DNA from: an uncultured Verrucomicrobiae bacterium
GTDB taxonomy: Bacteria > Verrucomicrobiota > Verrucomicrobiia > Limisphaerales > Palsa-1400
Reading direction: 5' to 3'
Assembly: GCA_963707025.1 (NCBI GenBank)
Contig: CAVPOM010000017.1
Coordinates: forward strand, 32,001 to 96,000
DNA: 64,000 nt
Part shown: positions 53,065 through 63,600 of the stretch, one piece after another
How positions within the stretch are numbered: position 1 is the stretch's first letter
Layout of the letters: each line of letters opens with the position of its first letter
Notes under the pieces: model-generated
Databases searched by the model: none
Seen by the model: only the letters and a program-made list of their open reading frames with translations
What the model was told of the DNA's origin: nothing
Position numbers and translations under genes: made by a program

Positions 53065-53913
53065 GTGACCGATGACTTTTCAGACGCGGCCCTCGTCCTG
53101 GCCGGGCACGGCTCGACGCTCAACGCCGACTCCGCCGCGCCCACCTATCAGCACGCCGACGAATTGCGCCGGCGCGGCATTTTTGCGCAGGTGCAGGAGA
53201 CCTTCTGGAAACAGGAGCCGTATTTCGCCCAGGTGCTGCGCGGCGTTTTTGCGCCGCGCGTTTTCGTCGTGCCGCTGTTTATCAGCGACGGCTATTTCAC
53301 CCAGGAAGTCCTCCCCCGCGAACTGGGCTTTTGCCGGACGGGGGAAACCGGTTTCTCCCGCGTCCAGCGGCGCGGCGGCCAGACTTTTTTTTACTGCGAC
53401 CCGGTGGGAACGCATCCCAGCATGACCGAAGTGCTCCTGGCCCGCGCCCGCGAGATCGTGGAGAAATTTCCCTTCCCGCGCGCCCCCAAGCCGGCCGAGA
53501 CCACCCTCTTCATCGCCGGCCACGGCACGGGCAACAACGAGAATTCCCGCAAAGCCATCGAGTGCCAGGTGGAATTGATCCGGGCCAAAAACCTTTTTGC
53601 CCAGGTCCACGCCGTCTTCATGGAGGAAGACCCGCGCATCGGCGATTGCTACAAACTGGCGCAAACGAAAATCCTCGTCGTGGCCCCGTTCTTCATCAGC
53701 GACGGTTTGCATTCCTTTGAGGACATCCCGGTGATGCTGGGCGCGCCCAGGGCGGTGGTGCGGGAGCGGTTAAAGCGGGGCCAGCCCACTTGGCGCAACC
53801 CGACCGAGCGCGCAGGCAAACGCCTCTGGTACACCGCCAGCGTCGGCAGCGAACCGCACATGGCGGAGGTCATCCTGGAACGCGTCCGCGAATCTGCCAG
53901 CCCGCTCCAATAA
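53065..53913 (+). CDS. cbiX: CbiX/SirB-family sirohydrochlorin chelatase
   Basis: Two repeats: LAGHGS..VVPLFISDGYF and IAGHGT..APFFISDGLH. Confidence 0.85.
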   Translation: MTDDFSDAALVLAGHGSTLNADSAAPTYQHADELRRRGIFAQVQETFWKQEPYFAQVLRGVFAPRVFVVPLFISDGYFTQEVLPRELGFCRTGETGFSRVQRRGGQTFFYCDPVGTHPSMTEVLLARAREIVEKFPFPRAPKPAETTLFIAGHGTGNNENSRKAIECQVELIRAKNLFAQVHAVFMEEDPRIGDCYKLAQTKILVVAPFFISDGLHSFEDIPVMLGAPRAVVRERLKRGQPTWRNPTERAGKRLWYTASVGSEPHMAEVILERVRESASPLQ

Positions 53914-53929
53914 CCACTTTAATCCCTTT

Positions 53930-54047
53930 CCATGAACCCTCACCTCACCCTAACCCTCTCCCCTCCCATCGGATGGGAGCGGAGAGGGAACAGCAGACGG
54001 ACAGGAATTGTTCCACGGAGGTCCGTCGAGCAGCGGCAGGTTCATGG
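53930..54047. repeat. Intergenic palindromic element with CCTCACCCTAACCCTCTCC..GGAGAGGG core
   Basis: Bounded by CCATGAACC / GGTTCATGG; nested CTCCCATC/GATGGGAG hairpin. Confidence 0.6.
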
Positions 54048-54161
54048 TCCCGATGCGTGCTTTGAGGAGAAAGCAGGCTAATCCTGATCCCAATCCCGTC
54101 CTTGCCTTAAAACCCCGGTCCCGCTAATGATTCCCGCCATCTCATCCCGACACTGATAATA

Positions 54162-56522
54162 ATGATTATGAAAGCATTTCTAAAATCACTCGTTTTTGGA
54201 TTCCTCTTTTTGGCCGCCGCCGCCTTCGCCCAGCCGCCCGGCACCAACACCCCCATCCTGGTCCATCGCGACAACATCGTTGCGCACTGGTTCGCCGGAA
54301 GCGGCGGCCAGTCCAATCAATTCTGGTATCGGGTGGATCTGGCCGATCACCAGCGCGAATTCGTCCTGGTGGATGCGGTGGCCGGGCGGCGCAGCCCCGC
54401 CTTCGATCATGCCCGGCTGGCCAAGGCGCTGGGCGATCTGACCTCTTCGAACGTCGCCCCCACCCGCTTGCCCTTCGACGCCATCAAATTCTCCGACGAC
54501 GGCCAGTCGCTCCGCCTCGTCGCCACCAACGCCGCCTGGGACTGTGATTTGGCCACCTACAAAGTGACCGAGTCCACGCGCACCGCGGCGGATAGCGCCC
54601 TCACCGCCGGGCCGGGCTTGGGCCGGCGCGGAGGAGGAGGTGGTGGTGGTGGTGCCAGACGCGGTCCCCGGGCGGCGGGTCCCGCCATCCCTTCACCGGA
54701 CGGGAAATGGGAAGTGTTGGTCCGCGGCCACAACCTCTTCTTGCGCGATGTCAAATCCAACAACGTCACCCCATTGACCTACGACGGCAATCCCACCAGC
54801 AGCTACGCCCGCACCGCCGAGGAAGAACGCTCTGTCGGAATGAACTTCGAGGTCCGCGATCCGGATATTCCCACCCCGGAGGCTTATTGGTCCCCCGATT
54901 CCCGCCACCTCGTCGCCCTGCGTTATCAGCCGGGCACGGAACGCTCGGTCTATGAGGTCCAGTCTTCCCCCGAAGACCAGTTCCAGCCCAAGTTGGAGTC
55001 TTACCCCTACCTCAAACCGGGAGACACCGTGCCCATCCACAAGCCCCATCTGTTCGACCTCGAATCCAAAAAGGAAATCCCCCTGGACGATGCCCTCTAT
55101 GCCAACCCCTGGTCCATCAGTGATCTGCGTTGGAGTTCCAATTCCGCGGGGTTCTCCTTTCTTTTCAATCAGCGCGGACACCAGGCCCTGCGCATTCTGG
55201 GGGTGGACGCCTCCTCCGGGGCGGTCCGGCCCATCGTGGATGAGGCCAGCAAAACCTTCATCTGTTACTCGGGAAAATTCTTTGCCGAATACCTCGATGC
55301 CACCTCCGAAATCATCTGGATGTCGGAGCGCGACGGCTGGAACCATCTCTACCTCTACGACGCCAAAACCGGCGCGGTCAAGAACCAGATTACCAAGGGC
55401 GAATGGGTCGTGCGCTCGGTGGAGCGCGTGGACCGGGAAAAACGCCAGGTTTAGTTCCAGGCCGGCGGCATCGTCCCCGGCCAGGACCCTTATTACCTCC
55501 AGTATTGCCGGGTGAATTTCGACGGCACGGGGTTGACCGTCTTGACGGAAGGCGACGGCACGCACGTCGTCCAGACTTCCCCGGACCATTCATTTATTAT
55601 TGACACATGGTCCCGCGTGGACCAGCCGCCCGTCAGCGTCCTGCGCAAAACGGCGGATGGCAAAGTGGTTTGCCAACTGGAGGAAGCCGACGCCAGCGAG
55701 CTTTTCGCCACCGGCTGGAAGGCGCCGGAACGCTTCGCCGCCAAGGGGCGCGACGGCCTCACCGATATTTATGGGGTGATCTGGCGGCCGAAGAATTTCG
55801 ACGGGCACGCCAAATATCCGGTCATCGAAGACATTTATGCCGGCCCGCAAGGGTCCTTCGCGCCCAAGCCCTTCCGCGCCGCCTCCCAGCAGCAGAAGCT
55901 GGCCGATCTGGGATTCATCGTCGTGCAAATGGACGGCATGGGCACGGCCAACCGCTCGAAGAAATTCCACGATGTCTGCTGCAAAAACATGGCCGACGCC
56001 GGCTTCCCCGATCGCATCCTCTGGATCAAGGCCGCGGCCGCCAGGGATGCCAGTTTTGATCTGGGCCGCGTCGGCATTTACGGCACTTCGGCCGGCGGCC
56101 AAAACGCCTTGCGGGGCCTGCTCTCCCACGGCGATTTTTACAAGGCGGGCGTTGCCGATTCCGGCTGCCACGACAACCGCATGGACAAGATCTGGTGGAA
56201 CGAGCAATGGATGGGCTGGCCGCTGGATGAGAGTTACCCACGCTCCTCCAATGTCACCGACGCCCATCTCCTGCAAGGCCGTCTCCTCCTCATGGTGGGG
56301 GAGTTGGACAAAAACGTGGACCCCTCCAGCACCATGCAAGTGGTCAACGCCCTGATCAAAGCCAAAAAAGATTTCGAGTTGCTCTACATGCCCGGCGCCG
56401 GCCACGGCGTGGCCAGCACGCCCTATGGCGCGCATCGCCTCGAAGAATTCTTCGTCCGCACTTTCCTCGGCAAATCCCAACTCGGCGACGCCAACGCCCT
56501 CACCGCCACTCCCGCGCCCTGA
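54162..56522 (+). CDS. S9 (DPP IV-like) peptidase with an in-frame TAG at 55452-55454
   Basis: [27 protein letters not shown] nucleophile, GELD, GAGH; both ORFs are in the same frame. Confidence 0.88.
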
Positions 56523-56535
56523 CCCAATCCCACTC

Positions 56536-56700
56536 ATGCAATTTTCCCATTATATCACTCTCGGCGCGGCCCTCTTTGCCTTGACCTCCGCCTCCGCCTC
56601 ACGCAGCAAGAATTCTACCTCCGCGCCGTGGCCAACGCCATGCTGGACCATAACATGCACCGCGCCGGTTGGAGCGACGATGACGCGCTGAAATTGATCC
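56536..56700 (+). pseudogene. Remnant resembling a DUF885-family gene
   Basis: Signal-peptide start MQFSHYITLGAALFAL then, in another frame, EFYLRAVANAMLDHNMHRAGWSDDDALKLI. Confidence 0.4.
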
Positions 56701-56701
56701 C

Positions 56702-58033
56702 ATGAGCCTACCTGCCGCCCCGTCGCCCGCGCCTGCCGCCGGGGGAAGCCCGGAGCGTTTCCCGCCCCAGATCAAATACATCGTCGGCAACGAAGCCTGC
56801 GAGCGCTTCAGCTATTACGGGCTGATGGGGATCATGGAGATGTACCTGGTCAACCGGCTGCACATGAGCGGCGGGCATGCCACGCAAGTTCTGCATCTGT
56901 TCGGCATGGCGGTCTATTTTCTGCCGCTGCTGGGAGGCTGGCTCGCGGATTGGTGGGTTGGCCGGTACTGGACGATCTTCAGCCTTTCGCTGGTTTATTG
57001 TCTGGGCCAGGTGACGCTGGCGGCGAGCGAGGGGACGAGGACCGGACTTTTCGCCGGGCTGGCGCTCATCGCCCTGGGGGCGGGGGGAATCAAGTCAAGT
57101 GTGGCGGCGTTTGTGGGAGACCAATTTGGTGCCGACCAGGAGCATTTGATGACGAAGGTTTACGGCTGGTTCTACTGGGCAGTCAACGTAGGGGCGGCGG
57201 GGGCGTTTTTCATTGTGCCGTGGTTGCACAGCGAAAAGCTGGGCATAGGCTACTGGCTGGCGTTTGCCGTGCCGGGATTTTTCATGGGGCTGGCCACCCT
57301 GGTATTCTGGATGGGGCGGCGCTATTACGTTCACAAACCGCCGGCGCGGCAGGAGAAGCGCGTCCGCCCGGCGGGAGAGAAACAGGAGGATCTTAAAGCG
57401 GTGCTGGGCATCCTCATGATCTTCGCACCCATTCCGATGTTTTGGGCGTTGTTCAATCAGGTCAATTCAACCTGGGTCCTGCAAGGCAACTCCATGAGGG
57501 CGTTTCATCTGCTGAACGGAGAAACGATGCAAGGATCCGGGGCGCTCCTGGTCATGATTTGGGTGCCGGTGCTGACGCTGGGCATCTATCCGCTGGCGCG
57601 CCGGCTGGGGCTGAATCCGACGCCGTTGCGCCGGATGTCGGCGGGGATGTTGCTGGCAGCAGCGTCATTCATAGTTTCCGGCATGGTGCAGGATGAACTT
57701 GACCGGGGCCGGCAATTAAGCGTGCTGTGGCAGTTGGCGCCTTACACGGTGCTGGAAGCGGGCGAAGTCCTGCTCTCGGCCTCGGCGCTGGAGTTTGCGT
57801 TTGAGCAGGCGCCGCTGCACTTGAAGAGCGTGATCATGGCGCTTTGGTATCTGGCCAACGCGGCCGGGCAGTTGCTGATCGTCATCATCACGGGGCTGAA
57901 TCACCGCAACTTCAAAGCGGAAGGCGGGTCGGTTTTTTATTTCTATTCGATCATGATGATCGTCTGCGCCGGGCTGTTCGTGGTGTGCGTTTCACTGTTC
58001 CGCGACCGCCGGGCCGGGCTGGCGCGCCCGTAG
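56702..58033 (+). CDS. POT/PTR-family proton-dependent oligopeptide transporter
   Basis: EACERFSYYG, GAGGIKS, FYWAVNVGA. Confidence 0.92.
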   Translation: MSLPAAPSPAPAAGGSPERFPPQIKYIVGNEACERFSYYGLMGIMEMYLVNRLHMSGGHATQVLHLFGMAVYFLPLLGGWLADWWVGRYWTIFSLSLVYCLGQVTLAASEGTRTGLFAGLALIALGAGGIKSSVAAFVGDQFGADQEHLMTKVYGWFYWAVNVGAAGAFFIVPWLHSEKLGIGYWLAFAVPGFFMGLATLVFWMGRRYYVHKPPARQEKRVRPAGEKQEDLKAVLGILMIFAPIPMFWALFNQVNSTWVLQGNSMRAFHLLNGETMQGSGALLVMIWVPVLTLGIYPLARRLGLNPTPLRRMSAGMLLAAASFIVSGMVQDELDRGRQLSVLWQLAPYTVLEAGEVLLSASALEFAFEQAPLHLKSVIMALWYLANAAGQLLIVIITGLNHRNFKAEGGSVFYFYSIMMIVCAGLFVVCVSLFRDRRAGLARP

Positions 58034-58052
58034 ATGACACCGGCGCCGCCGC

Positions 58053-59330
58053 TCAGACCGGCTCGGCGAAAACGCGCGCGCCGGGCGGCTCCCGGGCGGC
58101 GGGCTTGAGAAACCGCGCCAGCCAGATGCAGGAGAACACGCACAACAGGGAGACCACACCCACGAGCGAAAAGCGCGTGATTTCCCGGTTGGGACCCTGG
58201 CCCACAATCACCCCGCTCAGCCACGCCGCCAGACCGCAGGAAAATTGCTGGACCGACGAATTGACGCTCATGAATCCGCCCCGGTAGCGCGCTTCCACCG
58301 TCGCCGTCATCATCGCCATGGCCGGCACGAACCGGCCGGACATGCAGATCATGAGCAGGGTGGAGGTGGCCAGCGCGACCGGCAGCGGCACGCGCGGCAG
58401 ATTGGTCAGCGCGAGGATGGGAACGGCGGCGGACAGGGACATGAGAGTGAAGACGCGCAACTTGCCGGCGCGATCCGCCCAGCGGCCAATCCAGTTCATG
58501 CTGAAAACCGTGCAGATTCCGCCGGTCAAGTAAATGAGCGGGAGTTGTTTTTGGCTCAAGCCGACGTTGGAGACCATGTAATTGGCCAGATTCGTGAAGA
58601 TGGTTATCCCGGCGCACGTCAGCGCCGCCATGAAGACAAAAGCCATTTGATGGTTCGGCTCGAGCAATACCGCCCACAAACGGGCCGCAGGATGTTGGCC
58701 GCGGCCGTGCCGCAAATGGCCGCGCAGGGAGGGCACGCGCAGGGCAACGGCCAGGAGAATCGGCACACAAACTCCGGCAATAATAAAAAACGGCACATGC
58801 CAGGAAAACTGGGCCGCCAGCCACAGACCGAGCGGCACGCCGATAATGGAAGCAACCGAGAAGGAAGACATGACCAGGCCCATGGCTTCGCCCCGGTGTT
58901 CCTCCGGGATAACGTCGCCCACAATGGAGAGAACGAGCGCGCCGGTCACGCCGCCAAACGCGCCGGCCGCCGCCCGCGCGGCCACCAGCATGGGGTAGGT
59001 TGGGGCCAGCGCGCAGAGCAGCGTGCCCGCTGCAAAACCGGAGAACAGCCAGAGCAGCGCGGTCTTGCGGTCAAACAAGTCGAGAAGAAATCCCGCCGCC
59101 ACGCCGGTTATTCCCGCCGCGATGGCATAAGCGGAGACGATGGCGCTGAACTGCGCCGGGCTCAGCCCCATGACATCCCTGAATTGCGGGCCCAGCGGCA
59201 GGATAATGACAAAATCCAGGGTGGTGCAAAACTGGATGGCGGCCAGGATCAGCAGCAACAGTCGTTCGCTTTTTAATTTCAATTGGGGATGAGGCTGAAG
59301 ATGAGGAGACAGCAAGCGCCGGGCCGTCAA
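58053..59330 (-). CDS. MFS transporter
   Basis: Multi-TM profile; DLFDRK, GRWADRAGK; GDVIPEEHRGEAMG. Confidence 0.88.
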   Translation of the reverse strand: MTARRLLSPHLQPHPQLKLKSERLLLLILAAIQFCTTLDFVIILPLGPQFRDVMGLSPAQFSAIVSAYAIAAGITGVAAGFLLDLFDRKTALLWLFSGFAAGTLLCALAPTYPMLVAARAAAGAFGGVTGALVLSIVGDVIPEEHRGEAMGLVMSSFSVASIIGVPLGLWLAAQFSWHVPFFIIAGVCVPILLAVALRVPSLRGHLRHGRGQHPAARLWAVLLEPNHQMAFVFMAALTCAGITIFTNLANYMVSNVGLSQKQLPLIYLTGGICTVFSMNWIGRWADRAGKLRVFTLMSLSAAVPILALTNLPRVPLPVALATSTLLMICMSGRFVPAMAMMTATVEARYRGGFMSVNSSVQQFSCGLAAWLSGVIVGQGPNREITRFSLVGVVSLLCVFSCIWLARFLKPAAREPPGARVFAEPV

Positions 59331-61393
59331 CGGGGGGCGGCGGCCGGGGCGATGAATTCTATTTGACTCCGGCGCGGCGCCGCGTCCGGGGGATTGCGGC
59401 GCACGTACTGGCCGTCCGCCTGAAGCAGCCAGGCCTTGACATTGTCGGCCAGGCAGGTTTCCAGCACTTCGTTCCTCACCCGCTCCCGCAAAGGGCGGTC
59501 TTCCACCGGAAAGACGGCCTCGATGCGCCGGAAAAAATTTCGGGGCATCCAGTCCGGGCTGCCCAGGAAGATCTCCGGCTGGCCGGCGTTTTCAAAATAG
59601 TAGATCCGGCTGTGCTCCAGGAACCGGTCCACCACGCTGCGCACGGTGATGTGGTCGCTCACGCCCGGCCATTGCGGGCGCAGACAACAGATGCCGCGCA
59701 CCAACAGATCAATCTGCACCCCGGCTTGCGAGGCCCGGTAAAGCTCCTGGATGACCTGGCCGTCCAGCAGCGCGTTCATCTTGGCGATGATGCGGGCCGG
59801 GCGGCCGTGCCGGGCGTTTTCCGCCTCGCGCAGGATGAATTGCAGGATGCGCCCGTGCAATTCAAAGGGCGACACCAGGAGCTTGCGCGTGGCCTGAAAC
59901 CGTCCGATGCCTGTCAAGAAATTAAACAGACTGGTCGCGTCTTCGCCAAAATCAGGCTGGCAGGTGAGCAGGCCGATGTCGGTGTAAAGCCGGGCGGTGG
60001 TGGGGTTGTAATTGCCCGTGCTCAAGTGAACGTAGCGCCGGATGCCGTCCTCCTCCTTGCGGACGACGAGGCCCATTTTGCAATGGATCTTATAGCCGAC
60101 CAGCCCATAGACCACATGCACGCCCGCCTCCTCCAGCTTGCGGCTCCACTCGATGTTGTTGGCTTCGTCGAACCGCGCCCGCAATTCCACCACCGCCGTG
60201 ACTTGTTTGCCGCGGGTCGCCGCCTGCATGAGGGCGCCGATGATGCGGGTGTCGCCCCCGGTGCGGTAGAGGGTGAGTTTGATCGCCAGGACGGCGGGGT
60301 CCTGCGCCGCCTGTTGCAGAAAATCAACCACCGTGGCGAAACTCTCATAGGGATGGTGCAGCAGGATGTCCCGCTGCCGGATGGCGTGGAAGAGGTCGGG
60401 ATGATTTCGCACCGCCGCCGGGGGGAGCGGGGCAAAGGGTTTTTCCCGCAACTCCGGGGAGTGATCGCCTTCATAGATGGCCATCAGGCGCGCCGGCGAG
60501 AGGGGACCGTCAATCAGATAAGCGTCCTCCTCCGTCAGCCGCAAAGTTCCCAGCAGCGCCTTGCGGATGCCCTCCGGGCAATCCTGGTCAATCTCCAGGC
60601 GGACGGCGTCCCCCTTGCGCCGGTTGTGCAGTTCGTTCTCGACGGCCTTGAGCAAATTGCCCGTGTCCTGCTCGTCAATGTAAAGCTCGCTGTTGCGCGT
60701 CACGCGAAAATGCCAGTGGCCCAGGATTTTGGTGCCGGGAAAAATCTCCGGCAAAAACCAGCCGATGAGGCGGCCCAGAAAAACATAATCCCGCCCCTCC
60801 CGCGCCAGGCGCACCACGGGCGGCAGCACGCGCGGCGCCTGCACCACCGCCAGATGCCGCAGGGTTTCCGCGCCGGTTTTCATTTCCACCTGGACGATGA
60901 TGTTGAGCGACTTGTTGAGCAATTGGGGGAAGGGATGTTTGGGATCAATGGCCAGGGGCGTCAGGACGGGCAGGACCTGGGTGCGATAATAATTCTCCAG
61001 CCATTTCAAATCCGCCCGCGCCAATTGCGCGGGTTGGAGAAAGCGGATGCCGTGTTTGGCCAGGGCCGGCGCCAATTCCCGCCGCCAGCAGATATATTGG
61101 TCGCGCACCATGCGCCGGATGCGGGTCCGGACGGCGCGCAAGGTCTCCGCCGGCGTCAAGCCGTCCATGCCGCGCCCGGCGGCCCCGCTTTCGATTTGCT
61201 GCTTCAGCCCGGCGACGCGCACCTCGAAGAATTCATCCAAATTGGAGGCGGTGATGCAAAGAAACTTGAGCCGTTCCAGCAGCGGATTGCCGGGCTCTCG
61301 CGCCTCGTTGAGCACGCGCTGGTTAAATTCGAGCCAGCTCAACTCGCGATTGATAAAATGGGCCGGCTCAAAATGCGTGACTGGGGCTGGCAT
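59327..61393 (-). CDS. ppk1: Polyphosphate kinase 1
   Basis: NRELSWLEFNQRVL, LLHHPYESF, ELRARFDE, DRFLEHSR. Confidence 0.97.
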   Translation of the reverse strand: MPAPVTHFEPAHFINRELSWLEFNQRVLNEAREPGNPLLERLKFLCITASNLDEFFEVRVAGLKQQIESGAAGRGMDGLTPAETLRAVRTRIRRMVRDQYICWRRELAPALAKHGIRFLQPAQLARADLKWLENYYRTQVLPVLTPLAIDPKHPFPQLLNKSLNIIVQVEMKTGAETLRHLAVVQAPRVLPPVVRLAREGRDYVFLGRLIGWFLPEIFPGTKILGHWHFRVTRNSELYIDEQDTGNLLKAVENELHNRRKGDAVRLEIDQDCPEGIRKALLGTLRLTEEDAYLIDGPLSPARLMAIYEGDHSPELREKPFAPLPPAAVRNHPDLFHAIRQRDILLHHPYESFATVVDFLQQAAQDPAVLAIKLTLYRTGGDTRIIGALMQAATRGKQVTAVVELRARFDEANNIEWSRKLEEAGVHVVYGLVGYKIHCKMGLVVRKEEDGIRRYVHLSTGNYNPTTARLYTDIGLLTCQPDFGEDATSLFNFLTGIGRFQATRKLLVSPFELHGRILQFILREAENARHGRPARIIAKMNALLDGQVIQELYRASQAGVQIDLLVRGICCLRPQWPGVSDHITVRSVVDRFLEHSRIYYFENAGQPEIFLGSPDWMPRNFFRRIEAVFPVEDRPLRERVRNEVLETCLADNVKAWLLQADGQYVRRNPPDAAPRRSQIEFIAPAAAPR

Positions 61394-61405
61394 GGCAAGG
61401 AGGAC

Positions 61406-62488
61406 CTACACAATAAGCCCGGTGGCGACGGAATAGACGGGCGGCAGATTGTCGGCGAGCAAACGCCAGGTGTCGCCTTCGTCGGCGGAACGGAAAATTT
61501 TTCCGGTGTTGGTGCCGAAATAAATTCCGGCCGGGTCCAGCGAGTCCGTGGCCATGCCTTCCCGGTAAATTCCGGCATAGACGTTTTCCTGCGGCAGGCC
61601 GGCGGCCAGCGGCTGCCAGGTTTCGCCGGCGTCGCGGCTGCGGAAGACGCGCAGTTTGCCTTCGGGCGGGCAACGGAATTCGGCGCCTTTGAGCGGCAGC
61701 ACGTAGATGGTGCCGGGCTGGCGCGGATGGATGGCCAGCGGGAAGCCGAAATCCGAAGGGAGTCCCGCCGAAATCTCGCGCCAGCTTTTCCCGGCGTCGG
61801 AACTGCGATAGACGCCGCAATGATTTTGCTGAAAAAGCAGGGGCGACTCGCCGCCGCTGAGGAGGAGCTTGTGAACGCACTGGCCGAATTCGGGATATTT
61901 ATCAGGGAGAAATTCGGCGCGGGTGCCTTTGTTGGCCACCTCCCAGGTGGCCCCGTCGTCCTCGCTGCGGAAGACGCCGACGGCGGAAATGCCGACGAAC
62001 ATGCGCTGGGCGCTGTTGTTGTCAATAACAATGGAATGCAGGCAAAGGCCGCCCGCGCCGGGATGCCAGTACTGCCGGGTGGGGTGCCGGGTCAAACTGG
62101 CGACTTCGTTCCAGCTTTGGCCGCCATCCTCGCTGCGAAAGAGGGCGGCGGGGGCGACCCCGGCATAGAGCACGCGGGGCTGGCTGGGGCGGCCCGCTTC
62201 GAGGTGCCAGATGCGGTCCAGTTTGGCGCCGGACTGCTCGGGGAACTTGAGGGGAGTGTTGTTCCAGGTTTTGCCCAAATCGGAGGAACAGGCCAGTTCG
62301 CAGCCGAACCAGGAGTCGTTGGCGGCGGCCCAGATGCGGCCGTCGCGCGCGTCGTAAATGGCGTGGTTGATTTCGCGGCCGGGCTGGAACGGGCCGCTGC
62401 GTTTCCAGCGGCGGCGGTCGGTGCTGGCAAACAGAAAAAGGCCTTTTTTGGTGCCAGCGAGGAGGAGGATTTTTTTTGTCGAGTTCAT
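61406..62488 (-). CDS. BNR/Asp-box repeat (sialidase-like fold) protein
   Basis: Multiple S-x-D-x-G-x-T/S-W boxes; QQNHCGVYRS, LPSDFGFP. Confidence 0.85.
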   Translation of the reverse strand: MNSTKKILLLAGTKKGLFLFASTDRRRWKRSGPFQPGREINHAIYDARDGRIWAAANDSWFGCELACSSDLGKTWNNTPLKFPEQSGAKLDRIWHLEAGRPSQPRVLYAGVAPAALFRSEDGGQSWNEVASLTRHPTRQYWHPGAGGLCLHSIVIDNNSAQRMFVGISAVGVFRSEDDGATWEVANKGTRAEFLPDKYPEFGQCVHKLLLSGGESPLLFQQNHCGVYRSSDAGKSWREISAGLPSDFGFPLAIHPRQPGTIYVLPLKGAEFRCPPEGKLRVFRSRDAGETWQPLAAGLPQENVYAGIYREGMATDSLDPAGIYFGTNTGKIFRSADEGDTWRLLADNLPPVYSVATGLIV

Positions 62489-62522
62489 AGGTTATTTGAG
62501 TTTATTTGCCGGAGGCCGCGGA

Positions 62523-63570
62523 TCAGCAATCGCGGTGGATCTTAATGCCGGCGTGATCCAGTTGTTTTTTGGCGCCTTCGAGAAGGTCGCTCTTCATGTC
62601 GGACGCGGCCTGGGGATTGGCCCCCCAGGCCGTGAGGGTCACGGTCACGCCCGCGCCGGATAAATTGGTGATGCGGCAAGTGGGAGTGCCCAGCGCCTTG
62701 GGAGGCTGCTTGGCGACCTCGAGGAGGATTTGGCGGGCCTTGTCCACATCCGCATCGTGTTCCAGGGTAATGGCCACCACGCAAGGGACGGGCTGGCTGG
62801 ACATGGAGAGGTTGATGATGGTCTGGCTGGCGATGAGGTTGTTGGGAATGACCAGGCGGCGCTCGTCTGGCGTGCGCAAAATCGTGTAGCCGAGACTGAT
62901 GTTCTCCACTATGCCGGTTTCCAAACCGCCGGGGGCGCTGACCTGGAGCTTGTCACCCAGATGGAAGGGCCGGTAGAGCACCAGGGAAACCCCGGCGATC
63001 AAGTTGCCGAGGGTGTTTTGCGCGGCCATGCCCACTACGACGGAAACAACGCCCACGCTGGCCAGCCAGGCGGTGCCCAAATCTTTGAGCCTCCGGCACG
63101 AGATGGGCATAGGAAACAAAGGCCAGAACCCAAACGCCCACCCGGACCAATTGACTGAGGAAACGGACGGCGGTCTGGTCAACCGACTCGCCCCGCCTTT
63201 GCAGGATGCGATGCAAGGTCAGGTGCAAGGCCCCGCTGGCCAGCCAGGCCACCACTCCGACGACGGCGGCATAAAAGGCCGCCCGCACAAAAGGATTTTC
63301 AGTGAGCAAGTTCTTCAGGGCAGGAACCAGGTCGGCATAAGCACGAAGCGCCACCATCCAGACTCCCGCCCGCGCCAAGTGTCCGAGGAAGATAACGCCA
63401 CTCTGGTTCGCCTTGCCGCCGCGCTTTTCGATGATTTGAAGCACCACCAGGCGAACGGCTTCGCCCAGCAGCCAGGCCAGCAGCCCGATAATCAGCCCCA
63501 AAAAACACGCCCCCACCCAGGTTTGTGGATTGACCAGGGAAAGACCCGCGATCCAGAAATTATTCATCAT
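62523..63570 (-). CDS. mscS: Small-conductance mechanosensitive channel family protein (frameshift near 63090)
   Basis: GMAAQNTLGNLIAG..RPFHLGD..G.VENI..IPN. Confidence 0.82.
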
Positions 63571-63600
63571 ATTGACAAGGCGTGGGGCTGGCCGCGGTTT

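Noticed and set aside
59363..62545. 1060-aa plus-strand ORF (and similar long antisense ORFs, e.g. 5331-7100, 26604-28241, 44790-46442)
   Set aside because: Antisense shadows of well-supported genes in GC-rich DNA; no recognisable motifs
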